This document shows, piece by piece, positions 55,238-64,000 of a stretch of DNA of 64,000 nt (the first letter of the stretch is position 1; the number at the start of each line of letters is the position of its first letter). The translations under genes were made by a program, and so were the position numbers. Below the pieces are notes generated by a model. That model was not told where the DNA came from. It saw nothing but the letters and a program-made list of their open reading frames with translations, and did not search any database. The DNA comes from Minisyncoccota bacterium (GTDB taxonomy: Bacteria; Patescibacteriota; Minisyncoccia; Phycocordibacterales; UBA12079). The DNA lies in the NCBI GenBank assembly GCA_023140255.1, contig JAGLLX010000010.1:19774-83773 (forward strand), read 5' to 3'.

Positions 55238-57082
55238 CTATTTTTCTAATATAGCCTTGATTCTTCGCACTCCAGCACTAGAACTTTCTTCTTTGATAAT
55301 TTTTAATTTACCTAATTCTCCTGTATTTTTAACATGAGGACCTGAACAAAGCTCTTGAGAAAAATCTCCAATTTTATAAACTTTTACAATATCACCATAT
55401 TTATCAGTAAAAATCCCTGAAGCTCCTTGATTTTTAGCTTCTTCTATTGGCATTTCGTTACATTCAACAGAAATATTTTGTTTAATCACTTCATTAACTA
55501 TCTTTTCAACTTCAGTTTTCTGCTCATCAGTTAATTTTTCATCCCAAGAAAAATCAAATCTTAATCTATCCGCTGTAATATTTGAACCTTTTTGAATTAC
55601 ATTTTGACTTAAAACTTTTTGCAAAGCAGCTAAAAGTAAATGAGCGGCTGTATGTAAATGAGTAGTTTCCTCAGAATCATCAGCTAAACCAGATTTAAAT
55701 TTTCCAACAGAAGCTGTTCGTGAAAGTTCCTGATGCTCTTTCATCTTTTCTTCAAATTCTTTTTTCTTTTCTTTATAAAAAGAACTAAACATTCCGTCTT
55801 CATCAACTAAAAATCCTCTATTTTTTATTTCTTCAATTATCATCTCAAAAGGGAAACCATAAGTTTGGAAAAGGTTGAAAAAATCTTTTCCACTAATATC
55901 AAGTAATTTTGTTTTTTCTAATGGAATATTTGAAATTAAACGATTCAATTCACGAAGCCCTTTCTCCAAAGTTTTAGAAAACTGAATCTCTTCTTTATCT
56001 AATTGTTCTAAAACAAAATCCAAGTTCCTTTCTAACTCTAGGTAAATATCTTTATAAACATCAACCACCTCCTTAGCAACTTCTTTTAACCACAATTCTT
56101 GACTAATTTCTAACTGCTTTCCATAACGAATAGCTCGACGAAGTAACCTTCTTACAATATAACCTTGATCAGTATTTGAAGGAGTAAGCCCTCTATCGTC
56201 TCCTATAATAAGAACAGAAGCTTTAATGTGGTCAGCAATTACTCGCATTGCTTTAGTTACGTCTTCTGATTCTCCATACTTCTTCCCAGACAACTCTTCT
56301 ATTTTAGAGATTACATTTGTCCAAAGTTCTGTCTTATAATTATCATCTAATCCTTGCATTACTGCTGTCACTCTTTCAAGTCCAAAACCAGTATCTACAT
56401 TCTGTGAGGCTAACTTTTCAAAAACACCCTCTTCATTTTTATTAAATTCCATAAAAACATTATTCCAAACTTCCACCCACAAATCATTATCATCATTAAA
56501 TGACTGAGGAATTTTATCAATATCCCCTACCCAATAAAAAATTTCTGAATCAGGGCCACAAGGTCCTGTCTCTCCTGCAGGCCCCCACCAATTAGCATCC
56601 TTGTCTAATTTAGCGATTCTATCTTCTGGAATCCCCTCTTTTACAAAAATTTCTTTCCAAATATCATAAGCTTCTTGATCAAAGGAAGCTACCTCATCTC
56701 CTTTAAAAACAGACACAGCAAATCTCTTTGGGTCTAAAGCTAACCAATCATGAGAAGTTAAAAATTCCCAACTCCATTCTAAAGATTCTTTTTTAAAATA
56801 ATCACCTAATGACCAATTCCCCATCATCTCAAAAAAAGTATGATGAGTTGTATCACCCACTTCTTCAATATCAGTTGTTCTAATACATTTTTGAGCATCT
56901 ACTAAACGAGTTCCTTTTGGATGTTTTTCCCCCATTAAGTAAGGAATAAGCGGGTGCATACCTGCAGTTGTAAACAATACCGTTGGATCATTTTCAGGAA
57001 TAATAGACGCACTAGAAATAATTGAGTGTTTTTTTGTTTCAAAAAATTCTAAATATTTTTGTCTAAGTTCTTTCGCTAACAT
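55238..57082 (-). CDS. alaS: alanine--tRNA ligase, truncated form (catalytic + editing domains, no C-terminal region)
   Basis: HHTFFEMMGNWSLGDYFKKE and the WGPAGETGPCGPDSEIF class II core. 614 aa against about 870 in typical AlaRS. Confidence 0.85.
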   Translation of the reverse strand: MLAKELRQKYLEFFETKKHSIISSASIIPENDPTVLFTTAGMHPLIPYLMGEKHPKGTRLVDAQKCIRTTDIEEVGDTTHHTFFEMMGNWSLGDYFKKESLEWSWEFLTSHDWLALDPKRFAVSVFKGDEVASFDQEAYDIWKEIFVKEGIPEDRIAKLDKDANWWGPAGETGPCGPDSEIFYWVGDIDKIPQSFNDDNDLWVEVWNNVFMEFNKNEEGVFEKLASQNVDTGFGLERVTAVMQGLDDNYKTELWTNVISKIEELSGKKYGESEDVTKAMRVIADHIKASVLIIGDDRGLTPSNTDQGYIVRRLLRRAIRYGKQLEISQELWLKEVAKEVVDVYKDIYLELERNLDFVLEQLDKEEIQFSKTLEKGLRELNRLISNIPLEKTKLLDISGKDFFNLFQTYGFPFEMIIEEIKNRGFLVDEDGMFSSFYKEKKKEFEEKMKEHQELSRTASVGKFKSGLADDSEETTHLHTAAHLLLAALQKVLSQNVIQKGSNITADRLRFDFSWDEKLTDEQKTEVEKIVNEVIKQNISVECNEMPIEEAKNQGASGIFTDKYGDIVKVYKIGDFSQELCSGPHVKNTGELGKLKIIKEESSSAGVRRIKAILEK

Positions 57083-57120
57083 AATAATTTTAATTAAAAA
57101 ATAATAAATAACTAATTATA

Positions 57121-57142
57121 GGGTTGCAGAAGCAACCCTTAT
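57121..57142 (-). terminator. hairpin terminator downstream of the UDG gene
   Basis: agggttgc-agaa-gcaaccct. Confidence 0.5.
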
Positions 57143-57226
57143 GGCAATAGCGATTTTCTCAATTAAATTAATATTCATTAATATGAGTATACATTAAGGA
57201 TTAGAAAAAATATAGTTAATTTATTT

Positions 57227-57817
57227 TTACTTATTTTCTAAAATCTTAAAATCTTTTTTAAGATCATCACGACTAAATGAGTTATATAATGCCACGGCGG
57301 GATGAAGTAAAGGAACAATTTTTATTGCCCCATAAGAAGTTTTAACCTCAAAAGATTTTCCTCTCATTTTTCCAATAGTTTCAATTTCTAAATCTAAATT
57401 AAATTTTTTCATTATATATTCTGCAGAATACCTACCCAAAGTTGCAATAATTTTAGGTTGAATAATTTCTATTTGCCTATCTAAAAAAGGCCCATAAATT
57501 TCAATTTCTTCTTCAGACGGGTCTCGATTAGCAGTTGGTCTGTCTTTAACTATGTTTGTAATATAAATATCTTCCCTTTTTAAATTAATTGAACTTAAAA
57601 GTTCATCTAAAACCCTCCCTGAAGCTCCACAAAAAGGCTGTCCTGTTTGAGCTTCATTTTTTCCAGGAGCTTCTCCCACAAACATAATTTTTGCATTATG
57701 ATCCCCTGCTCCAATGACAGGAAAAACTTTGTTTTTAATTCTTTCTGTATACAAAGGAGATTTTTTAAGATTTAAAATTTCATCCTTTATTTGTTTCATT
57801 TGTTCTGTTTTATTCAT
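57227..57817 (-). CDS. uracil-DNA glycosylase, family 4
   Basis: GEAPGKNEAQTGQPFCGASGRVLDELL motif. Preceded by leader element copy 3. Confidence 0.8.
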   Translation of the reverse strand: MNKTEQMKQIKDEILNLKKSPLYTERIKNKVFPVIGAGDHNAKIMFVGEAPGKNEAQTGQPFCGASGRVLDELLSSINLKREDIYITNIVKDRPTANRDPSEEEIEIYGPFLDRQIEIIQPKIIATLGRYSAEYIMKKFNLDLEIETIGKMRGKSFEVKTSYGAIKIVPLLHPAVALYNSFSRDDLKKDFKILENK

Positions 57818-57901
57818 CCCGTTAGAGATAATTTACAAAAAGTAAATAATCTTAATTTAATTGATAATTTTTAACCCCGCCAAATCTCTAACGAGATTCA
57901 T
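57818..57901 (-). promoter_or_regulatory. leader element copy 3 (minus strand): mini-ORF MNLVRDLAGLKIIN (57857-57901) plus hairpin plus the arm abutting the UDG ATG
   Basis: Minus-strand reading: ATGAATCTCGTTAGAGAT ... ATTATTTAC-TTTTT-GTAAATTATCTCTAACGGG then ATG (57817). Confidence 0.6.
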
Positions 57902-57905
57902 AATT

Positions 57906-58604
57906 TTAATTTTCTGGAACTATTTGTGAAATATGTTCTAAAATCATTTTAACTGAAGGAGAACGGTCATTTAGATAAGAACGACATTTATTAATTTCTG
58001 AAAAAATACTTTCTATATCATAATCTGAAAATTTTATTTTTGAATCATTTTTATATACTTCATATAAAACCCTTTCCAAATTATTTAAAAATTGAATTGC
58101 TCCAACTTTATCTGCTTTGTCCTTTGTTGTTTTAGGTAAAAATTCTTTAACTAAATCAAATCTTTGTGAAAGATTTGATTTCAAAAAATTTTCTACTATA
58201 TCTCCATAATTTAAATTATTATTTTCAAATTTAATTATTTGAAGACGAGACTTAAGAGTGGCAAGAAGATTTTCAGAAGATTGAATTATTAAAAATATAT
58301 AAACATTCTCTGTTGGTTCTTCAAACATTTTTAATAATGAATTCTGAGCTTCATTGGTAATAAAATTTGTTTGAATAATTATAATTTGTTTATCCCCTGT
58401 AATAGATTTTTTGGATTGAAAATCTTTTATAATCTTTCCATCGTCAATTCCAAAAGTAACAAAATCCCTCAAGTATAAATCAGGATTAGAGGAAACCTGA
58501 AAATTTAATTCTTTTTCTAAAAAAAATAAAAGATCTTGTAAAATTAAATCCTTTTCTCCTTCCAAAAGATAAGCATGATGTAAATTATTTTTATTTAAAA
58601 ACAT
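57906..58604 (-). CDS. holB: DNA polymerase III delta-prime-like subunit (degenerate ATPase)
   Basis: HAYLLEG ... LLKMFEEPTENVYIFLI ... LATLKSRLQ arrangement of clamp-loader delta-prime. Walker A degenerate. Confidence 0.55.
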   Translation of the reverse strand: MFLNKNNLHHAYLLEGEKDLILQDLLFFLEKELNFQVSSNPDLYLRDFVTFGIDDGKIIKDFQSKKSITGDKQIIIIQTNFITNEAQNSLLKMFEEPTENVYIFLIIQSSENLLATLKSRLQIIKFENNNLNYGDIVENFLKSNLSQRFDLVKEFLPKTTKDKADKVGAIQFLNNLERVLYEVYKNDSKIKFSDYDIESIFSEINKCRSYLNDRSPSVKMILEHISQIVPEN

Positions 58605-58685
58605 GATAAATTAATCAAAAGTTAGGAAAATTCTCTGGAAATTTTTTAACTTTAACTTTATAGACTTTATGAACTTTTGACTTCA

Positions 58686-59702
58686 TTAGTACTTCTTTAA
58701 AATAACACTCTTTCTATACACATCTAAATGCTTCAAAGCTATTCCGGTTCCTTTTGATACACAATAAAAAGAATCTTTTGCTAAATAAGCTTTTACTCCT
58801 GTTCTTCTATGGACTAATTCTGGTAAATTTCTTAATAACGAAGACCCACCTGTCATAATTATACCTCCTTGGACAATATCAGCTGATAATTCTGGAGGAG
58901 TTTCTTGAAAAACAGTCTTAATTGCTTTAATAATTTCTCTTAATTCTTTACTTAAAGCTTTAGCAACTTCATTTGTTTTTACTTCAATAGTTCTTGGTAA
59001 TCCAGAAATGAAATCCCTTCCTCTTATATCCATTGATAATTCTTCTTCAAGAGGTAAAGCTGAACCAATTTTTATTTTTATTTCTTCTGCTGTCTTATCT
59101 CCTATTGATAAATTATATTTTCTTTTAACAAAATCAATAATAGCATTATTTATTTTATCTCCTGCACACTTAACAGAAGTAGAGGCTACAATTCCCCCTA
59201 AAGAAATAACAGCTACATCAATTGTTCCTCCGCCGATATCAACAATCATATGTCCCCCTGCTTCCTCAATAGCTACCCCAGCTCCAATGGCTGCCAAGAT
59301 AGGTTCTTTAACTACAAAAGCTTTTTTAGCACCAGCTTTTATAGTTGCTTCAACTACCGCCCGCCTTTCTGTTGATGTAATTCCTGCTGGAACAGAAATA
59401 ATCACTTCTGGCTTAAAGAAATTCCATTTACCCAAAGCTTTATTAATATAATAACGAAGCATCACTTCAGTAACTTTATAATCTGCAATTACTCCGTCTT
59501 TCATAGGTCTATAAGTAATAACACTTTCCGGAGTTCTCCCTATCATTTTTTTTGCATTAATTCCAACTGCTAAAATTCTGTTATCAATTTCTGATACAGA
59601 CACAACAGAGGGTTCATTTAAAACAACCCCTTTTTTCGGATCAAATATTAAGGTATTAGCTGTTCCTAAATCTATTCCTAATTTTTTTGTAAAAAATGAC
59701 AT
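58686..59702 (-). CDS. mreB: rod shape-determining protein MreB
   Basis: LGIDLGTANTLIF ... actin-fold motifs (DIGGGT). Confidence 0.9.
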   Translation of the reverse strand: MSFFTKKLGIDLGTANTLIFDPKKGVVLNEPSVVSVSEIDNRILAVGINAKKMIGRTPESVITYRPMKDGVIADYKVTEVMLRYYINKALGKWNFFKPEVIISVPAGITSTERRAVVEATIKAGAKKAFVVKEPILAAIGAGVAIEEAGGHMIVDIGGGTIDVAVISLGGIVASTSVKCAGDKINNAIIDFVKRKYNLSIGDKTAEEIKIKIGSALPLEEELSMDIRGRDFISGLPRTIEVKTNEVAKALSKELREIIKAIKTVFQETPPELSADIVQGGIIMTGGSSLLRNLPELVHRRTGVKAYLAKDSFYCVSKGTGIALKHLDVYRKSVILKKY

Positions 59703-59707
59703 AATAT

Positions 59708-61018
59708 TTATTCTTTTACTCTTTTAATGTCTGCTCCTATTTTGAATAATCTTTTTTCTATTGACCCATACCCCCTATCAATATAATAAACATTAGTTAT
59801 AATAGATTCTTTTTCTGCTACTAAGGCTGCGATTACAAAAGCAAAACCTGTTCTAATATCTGGGCCTTCTAGCTCACAACCTTTTAGCTGTTTAGGTCCT
59901 TTAATAGTAGCTCTGTGTGAATCCCACATTTTTATATCTGCTCCCATCTTAACTAAATCACTCGTATAATTCAATCTACCTTCAAAAATAGTTTCAAAAA
60001 CTAAAGATTCACCTTGGGATTGAGTAAGAAATACTACTGTTGGAGATTGTAAATCTGTTGGAAATCCTGGATATTCGTGAGTTTTTATACTAAAAGACTT
60101 GTAGTTCTTTAAATTTTTATTATTTACTTTTAAATAATCTTTTCCAACTTCTATATCTACTCCAGAATCTTTCAACATCTCAATGACTATCTCTAAATGA
60201 CTAGGATTACAATTAGAAATTTCTAAGTCAGAAGCACACAAGGCTCCTAAAATTAAAAACGAGCCTGCTTCCAAACGATCAGGAATGGTTTCATAAACTT
60301 TGTCATTTGCTTCCAACAAAGAACCTCCTTCTATTTCTAAAACAGGGGTTCCTACTCCTTTTATCTTAGCACCACAATCATTTAACCACTCTATCAAAGA
60401 TATTATTTCCGGTTCAATCGCAACATTTTTTAAAATAGTTTTTCCTTCCGCCAAAATTCCTGCCATAATAAAAGTCTCAGTTGCAGTTACACTAGGAATT
60501 TTAAAAAATATCTTTGTTCCTTTTAATTTCCCGTCTTTTGTTTTTATAAAATATTTTCCGTCATTATGTTTAACTTTAGCTCCCATTTTCTCAAAACCTT
60601 CCAAAAATAGATCTATTGGTCGTGCTCCGATAACACAACCTCCTGGATGAGGAAAAATTAATTCTCCAAAACGAGCTAAAATTGGACCAGTAAAAATAAT
60701 AGAAGCTCTCATTCTTTTAGAAGCTTCTTCTTCAATTTCAACACTATTTATTTTTGTTGTATTAATAAAATATTCCCCATCTAATTGTTTTATCATTTCT
60801 ACTCCTAGTCCTTTAAAAATCTCATCTAAACGATTCAAATCTTCAATCAAAGGAACATTTTTAATCTTAAAACCATCTTTGAACAAAACGCTTGAAGCCA
60901 TTACAGGCAAAACAGCATTTTTAGCACCATTAACCCTTATCTTCCCAGATAAAGACTTTTTATTCCCTAATCCTTGTATTATAAATTTATCTCTTTTCAT
61001 CATGACTGAATTAATCAT
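59708..61018 (-). CDS. murA: UDP-N-acetylglucosamine 1-carboxyvinyltransferase
   Basis: KIRVNGAKNAVLPVMAS and the EPSP-synthase-like fold motifs. Confidence 0.9.
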   Translation of the reverse strand: MINSVMMKRDKFIIQGLGNKKSLSGKIRVNGAKNAVLPVMASSVLFKDGFKIKNVPLIEDLNRLDEIFKGLGVEMIKQLDGEYFINTTKINSVEIEEEASKRMRASIIFTGPILARFGELIFPHPGGCVIGARPIDLFLEGFEKMGAKVKHNDGKYFIKTKDGKLKGTKIFFKIPSVTATETFIMAGILAEGKTILKNVAIEPEIISLIEWLNDCGAKIKGVGTPVLEIEGGSLLEANDKVYETIPDRLEAGSFLILGALCASDLEISNCNPSHLEIVIEMLKDSGVDIEVGKDYLKVNNKNLKNYKSFSIKTHEYPGFPTDLQSPTVVFLTQSQGESLVFETIFEGRLNYTSDLVKMGADIKMWDSHRATIKGPKQLKGCELEGPDIRTGFAFVIAALVAEKESIITNVYYIDRGYGSIEKRLFKIGADIKRVKE

Positions 61019-61076
61019 ACGATTTTTTAAAGAAATTTACAATTGATTTTAATTTAAGTAATGGTAGAATTAAAAA

Positions 61077-61721
61077 ATGCAAAAATATAAAAAAGACAAC
61101 AAACAATTATTGTTTATGGGAGTATTAATATTAATTTTAGGAGCTTTACTTTATTCAAATTATAATAAGAAACAAAACGGGTTCTTACAAATAAATAGCT
61201 TGGATGAAACTTTGGTTATTTATATAGATAACAACGAAGAAACTTCAAAAAATGATATTAACCCTGAATTCAAAATTAAAAAAGGAATTCATAGTGTAAT
61301 TGTTTATAAAGAAGGACATTGGCCTTGGACTAAAGAAGTGGAAATTTTAGGCGAAGAAACTCTTGAAATAAACCCTTTCTTTATTTCACAAAACACCAGT
61401 GGTTTTATAATAGAAAAAGCAGATTCTGAATATTGGAACATTTTAGCTATGTTCAGAAAAAATCTTATTTCCGAAGAAGCTTTGAATACAATCTCTTCTA
61501 TAGAAATAAAAGACCAAATAACAGCTATTGATTTTTACAAAAACAGAGAAGATGTTGTTTTAATGGCATTAACTGATGGTATTTATGCTTTGGGGGTTGA
61601 TTACAAAACTGAACAAAATTTACAACCAATTTATAAAGGTAAAAGCCCTAGTTTTGTTAAAAAAGACGATAATAATATTTATATTTTAGATAACAATAAT
61701 TTAATGGAAGTTTCTTATTAA
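61077..61721 (+). CDS. hypothetical membrane-anchored protein
   Basis: N-terminal TM helix. Terminator at 61745-61780. Confidence 0.5.
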   Translation: MQKYKKDNKQLLFMGVLILILGALLYSNYNKKQNGFLQINSLDETLVIYIDNNEETSKNDINPEFKIKKGIHSVIVYKEGHWPWTKEVEILGEETLEINPFFISQNTSGFIIEKADSEYWNILAMFRKNLISEEALNTISSIEIKDQITAIDFYKNREDVVLMALTDGIYALGVDYKTEQNLQPIYKGKSPSFVKKDDNNIYILDNNNLMEVSY

Positions 61722-61866
61722 TAAACAACATTTAGTATTAGATAATTGAGAAAATAGTCGCTAAGCGACTATTTTTTATATTTATTATTTCCTTTTTATC
61801 AACAACATATTAATAAAATGATTAATACTCTAGTATTTTAATGAATATATAGTATATAATTAAATT

Positions 61867-62625
61867 ATGAATATTCTGACAGCAATTCCTATTTATAGAA
61901 ACAAATTTCAAGAACCTGTTTTGTTCTTTACTCAAGAAAATTTTTCTGTAGGTTCTATTATTTTAGCTCCTTATCCACAAACAAAAGGTTCTAAAGAAAA
62001 ACCTGTTTTAATTATAGAAGTAAGTGATTCAAAAAATAAAAAACAGTTTTTAAGAAAAACCAGTATTCAAATAAACAAAAGTACTAATCCTTATGAATTA
62101 CCTTTTCTTTCTGACAAAATTATAAAAGATATAGAACTTAAAACATCTAAAATTAATAAAACTTTGAACTTTTCTTTAGACAAAATTTTTACAAAAGCTA
62201 TTAAAAAAGAGTTAAATAAGACTATAGAAAATTCAGATAAAAGCATCATTGAAAACTATGTTAATAAAATTACTCCTGATTTTATTAGCCAAAAATTAAA
62301 AACATTTCTTCCTAAGAAAAAAGAAACTAAAATCTATACTAGAGGAATCCAAAGTATTGAAAATCTTTTATCTTCCACAAGTACAACAAAGAAAAATTCA
62401 CTTCATTCAGAAAAACATTATTTAATTGCAGAAATACGAGAATATTTTGGAGAAACAAACAAAAAAGGAAAAGGTTCCTTTAGTTTCTATTTAGGATTTT
62501 TTAAAAGAATTCCTGAAAATATTATTTATCAATACTGGTCAGAAGTAAAAGAAAGTCGTAAATCAACCAAAGATCAACAAAAAATCTTTTGGTGGAAAAT
62601 CGGTCAATATTTAAAGAAAAAATAA
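61867..62625 (+). CDS. hypothetical Lys-rich protein
   Basis: ORF with a terminator (aaatggctcatc-taga-tgagccattt) at about 62625-62650. Confidence 0.5.
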   Translation: MNILTAIPIYRNKFQEPVLFFTQENFSVGSIILAPYPQTKGSKEKPVLIIEVSDSKNKKQFLRKTSIQINKSTNPYELPFLSDKIIKDIELKTSKINKTLNFSLDKIFTKAIKKELNKTIENSDKSIIENYVNKITPDFISQKLKTFLPKKKETKIYTRGIQSIENLLSSTSTTKKNSLHSEKHYLIAEIREYFGETNKKGKGSFSFYLGFFKRIPENIIYQYWSEVKESRKSTKDQQKIFWWKIGQYLKKK

Positions 62626-62859
62626 ATGGCTCATCTAGATGAGCCATTTAGTATGGTTTGAAATATAGCTAAATATTGAGCCTACCAATACCAACAAACA
62701 AGTAGCAGAAATATTGTTTAATATCCTTTCTTCTTAATTTTACCTAAAACTTTCTTTATTACTGCAGTTAACTACGATAATTCAAGTTAACTTATACCTA
62801 AATTTCTTATTTCATTATTTTTAGCACTCTCTCTTGAAACACAAACAATATCTTGTTTT

Positions 62860-62879
62860 TAGTTCAATCGATTGAACTA
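62860..62879. promoter_or_regulatory. 20-bp perfect palindrome TAGTTCAATCGATTGAACTA, copy 1 (within the 29-bp direct repeat 62851-62879)
   Basis: Verified as self-reverse-complementary. Located just past the 3' end of the YerC/TrpR-like gene. Confidence 0.6.
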
Positions 62880-62891
62880 ATTTAAGTTTAT

Positions 62892-63299
62892 TTAGTATTT
62901 GTTTAAAAAGTTCCATCTTCCTTTTCCCACAATAGGAGGCATCCCACATTTTAAAACTTTATCTAATCCTTCCCAAAAAGTAACTCTGTTCTTTTTTTGC
63001 TTTATTATTTCTATAATATCTTTATATTTTTCTAAATCAATATCTATAGCAATTCTTTTCACGGTGGCAGGACTTACCTTTAATGCTTTAGAAATTTTAT
63101 ACCAACTTATATTCTCTTGAAGCATAAAAATAATAGCTAATCTTTTTGCTAAAACTATTTTTTCAGAATCCCCTAATAAATCATTTACAAAATTTTTAGT
63201 AGAATTATTTGATTCTAATCTAGTAATAGTATCAATTAATCCAAAATTAATTTGATCAAGAACATTCTTTTTTAATTTTTCTTTTGAAACACGAGCCAT
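62892..63299 (-). CDS. YerC/YecD (Trp-repressor-like) family DNA-binding protein
   Basis: KISKALKVSPATVKRIAID helix-turn-helix and the overall YerC-like length and pattern. Confidence 0.5.
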   Translation of the reverse strand: MARVSKEKLKKNVLDQINFGLIDTITRLESNNSTKNFVNDLLGDSEKIVLAKRLAIIFMLQENISWYKISKALKVSPATVKRIAIDIDLEKYKDIIEIIKQKKNRVTFWEGLDKVLKCGMPPIVGKGRWNFLNKY

Positions 63300-63331
63300 A
63301 AGTGTTTTTTATTAATAAAAAATTATCTATT

Positions 63332-63351
63332 TAGTTCAATCGATTGAACTA
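63332..63351. promoter_or_regulatory. 20-bp palindrome TAGTTCAATCGATTGAACTA, copy 2 (about 35 bp upstream of the gene start)
   Basis: Identical to copy 1. Confidence 0.6.
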
Positions 63352-63395
63352 TTATTATTTTAATTTATGAGATTAGACTTACTATCTCTTGTTTT

Positions 63396-63415
63396 TAGTT
63401 CAATCGATTGAACTA
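63396..63415. promoter_or_regulatory. 20-bp palindrome TAGTTCAATCGATTGAACTA, copy 3 (within the 29-bp direct repeat 63387-63415)
   Basis: TCTTGTTTTTAGTTCAATCGATTGAACTA shared with copy 1. Confidence 0.6.
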
Positions 63416-63457
63416 TTTTAATCATTTTGAACAATTAAAATTTAAATATCGTTCTTT

Positions 63458-63497
63458 ACTCCAATCGACCTACCTTTGCAGGCAGACAGATTGGAGT
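63458..63497. repeat. GC-rich palindromic repeat, copy C (diverged)
   Basis: ACTCCAATCGACCTACCTTTGCAGGCAGACAGATTGGAGT shares the CCTnCCTTTGC(C)GGCAGnCAG core and the flanking CCAAT/ATTGG stem with copy B. Confidence 0.45.
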
Positions 63498-63563
63498 ATT
63501 TTTAACTAATTTATTTTATTTTTTAACGCAACTGAAAAAAATGTTAGGAAATACAAATTAAGT

Positions 63564-64000
63564 TTAGTTGTTTATTTTTTGAATTCGACGAGAATGCCTT
63601 ATTTCTTCAGAAAATGGTGTTTCTAGCCATAACTTAATAGCATCTGTTGCATCCCTATCTGAAATGAATTTAGCTCCTAAAGACAGTATATTTGCGTCAT
63701 TATGTTCTTTAGATAATCTTATAATTTCTAGGTTAGAAGAGTTATAAACAACAGCTCTTACGTTATCAAAACGATTTGCTACCATAGCTTCCCCTTGTCC
63801 AGAAGCACCAAGAATAATTGCTTTATATTCTTCTGAATTTTGAGAAATTTCAAAAGCAACTGGCTTTACAAAATCAGGGTAATCATCTTCTGAATGATAT
63901 TCAAAAGCTCCTTTGTCTTCTATTTCATAATCTAAATCTTTTAAGAATAATTTGATTACTTCTTTTAACTCAAAACCAGCATGGTCTGAAGCTATTAATA
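63564..64000 (-). CDS. rpiB: ribose-5-phosphate isomerase B (RpiB/LacAB family), 5' end outside window
   Basis: The frame continues upstream of the annotated Met to the window edge, reading ...IASDHAGFELKEVIK...ILGASGQGEAMVANRFDNVRAVV...RHSRRIQKI. Confidence 0.8.
   Translation of the reverse strand, partial: LIASDHAGFELKEVIKLFLKDLDYEIEDKGAFEYHSEDDYPDFVKPVAFEISQNSEEYKAIILGASGQGEAMVANRFDNVRAVVYNSSNLEIIRLSKEHNDANILSLGAKFISDRDATDAIKLWLETPFSEEIRHSRRIQKINN

Noticed and set aside
1-64000. CRISPR arrays, rRNA genes, transposase or integrase genes
   Set aside because: No regularly spaced short direct repeats, no rRNA universal motifs, and no ORF with recognisable transposase or recombinase motifs were found in the window.

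Overview
This 64 kb window is an AT-rich (about 30% GC by eye), gene-dense bacterial chromosome segment with genes on both strands. Several traits suggest a reduced-genome, CPR/Patescibacteria-like organism (inference only): truncated aminoacyl-tRNA synthetases, tRNA genes without encoded CCA, RF2 without a frameshift site, cohesin/dockerin proteins, and many small hypothetical proteins.

Housekeeping content, in order along the window:
- 1341-5389: tandem M14-like peptidase paralogs, a polytopic membrane protein and a split two-gene permease.
- 5447-5771: rpmG followed by tRNA-Trp.
- 9889-14241: argS, typA and cspA.
- 14345-19388: a tripartite ABC efflux system (HlyD adaptor + ATPase + two FtsX permeases).
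- 30871-33544: tgt and parB.
- 33657-34706: a tRNA-Leu / tRNA-Thr cluster.
- 34938-37666: tsf, rpsB, prfB.
- 38065-42218: thrS and a class II RNR.
- 43675-45239: a GGDEF cyclase and htpX.
- 45950-49664: grpE-dnaK-dnaJ.
- 49727-53823: rpsI-rplM-rplQ-rpoA-rpsD-rpsK-rpsM-rpmJ-infA.
- 55238-64000: alaS, a family-4 UDG, holB, mreB, murA and a partial rpiB.

Six tRNAs were found (Trp-CCA, Leu-CAA, Thr-TGT, Ile-GAT, Ser-GGA, Leu-TAG). No rRNA, CRISPR array or recognisable transposase/integrase gene was seen.

The observations worth a second look:
1. A recurrent roughly 80-170 nt leader element precedes three unrelated genes. It combines a conserved upstream mini-ORF (MNPVR[D/C]LE...) with an inverted repeat CCCGTTAGAGAT / ATCTCTAACGGG whose right arm directly abuts the downstream gene's ATG.
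2. Two copies of that leader bracket a sensory/surface locus. The locus holds a Cache-HAMP protein, a hemerythrin, a Cache-PAS histidine kinase, two receiver-only response regulators, a secreted 3xFn3 + dockerin protein, and a membrane-anchored cohesin protein.
3. Three tRNA genes (Trp, Leu, Thr) are each followed about 190-200 bp to their right by a 24-40 bp direct copy of their right-hand end. Next to the tRNA-Leu gene is a 0.5 kb GC-rich segment that looks non-coding and could not be assigned.
4. A perfect 42-bp palindrome overlaps the promoter of an ArsR-family gene. A 20-bp perfect palindrome occurs three times around a YerC/TrpR-like gene.
5. A GC-rich palindromic terminator-like repeat family has three copies.
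6. The two M14-like paralogs are tandem; the first appears to have lost its zinc ligands.
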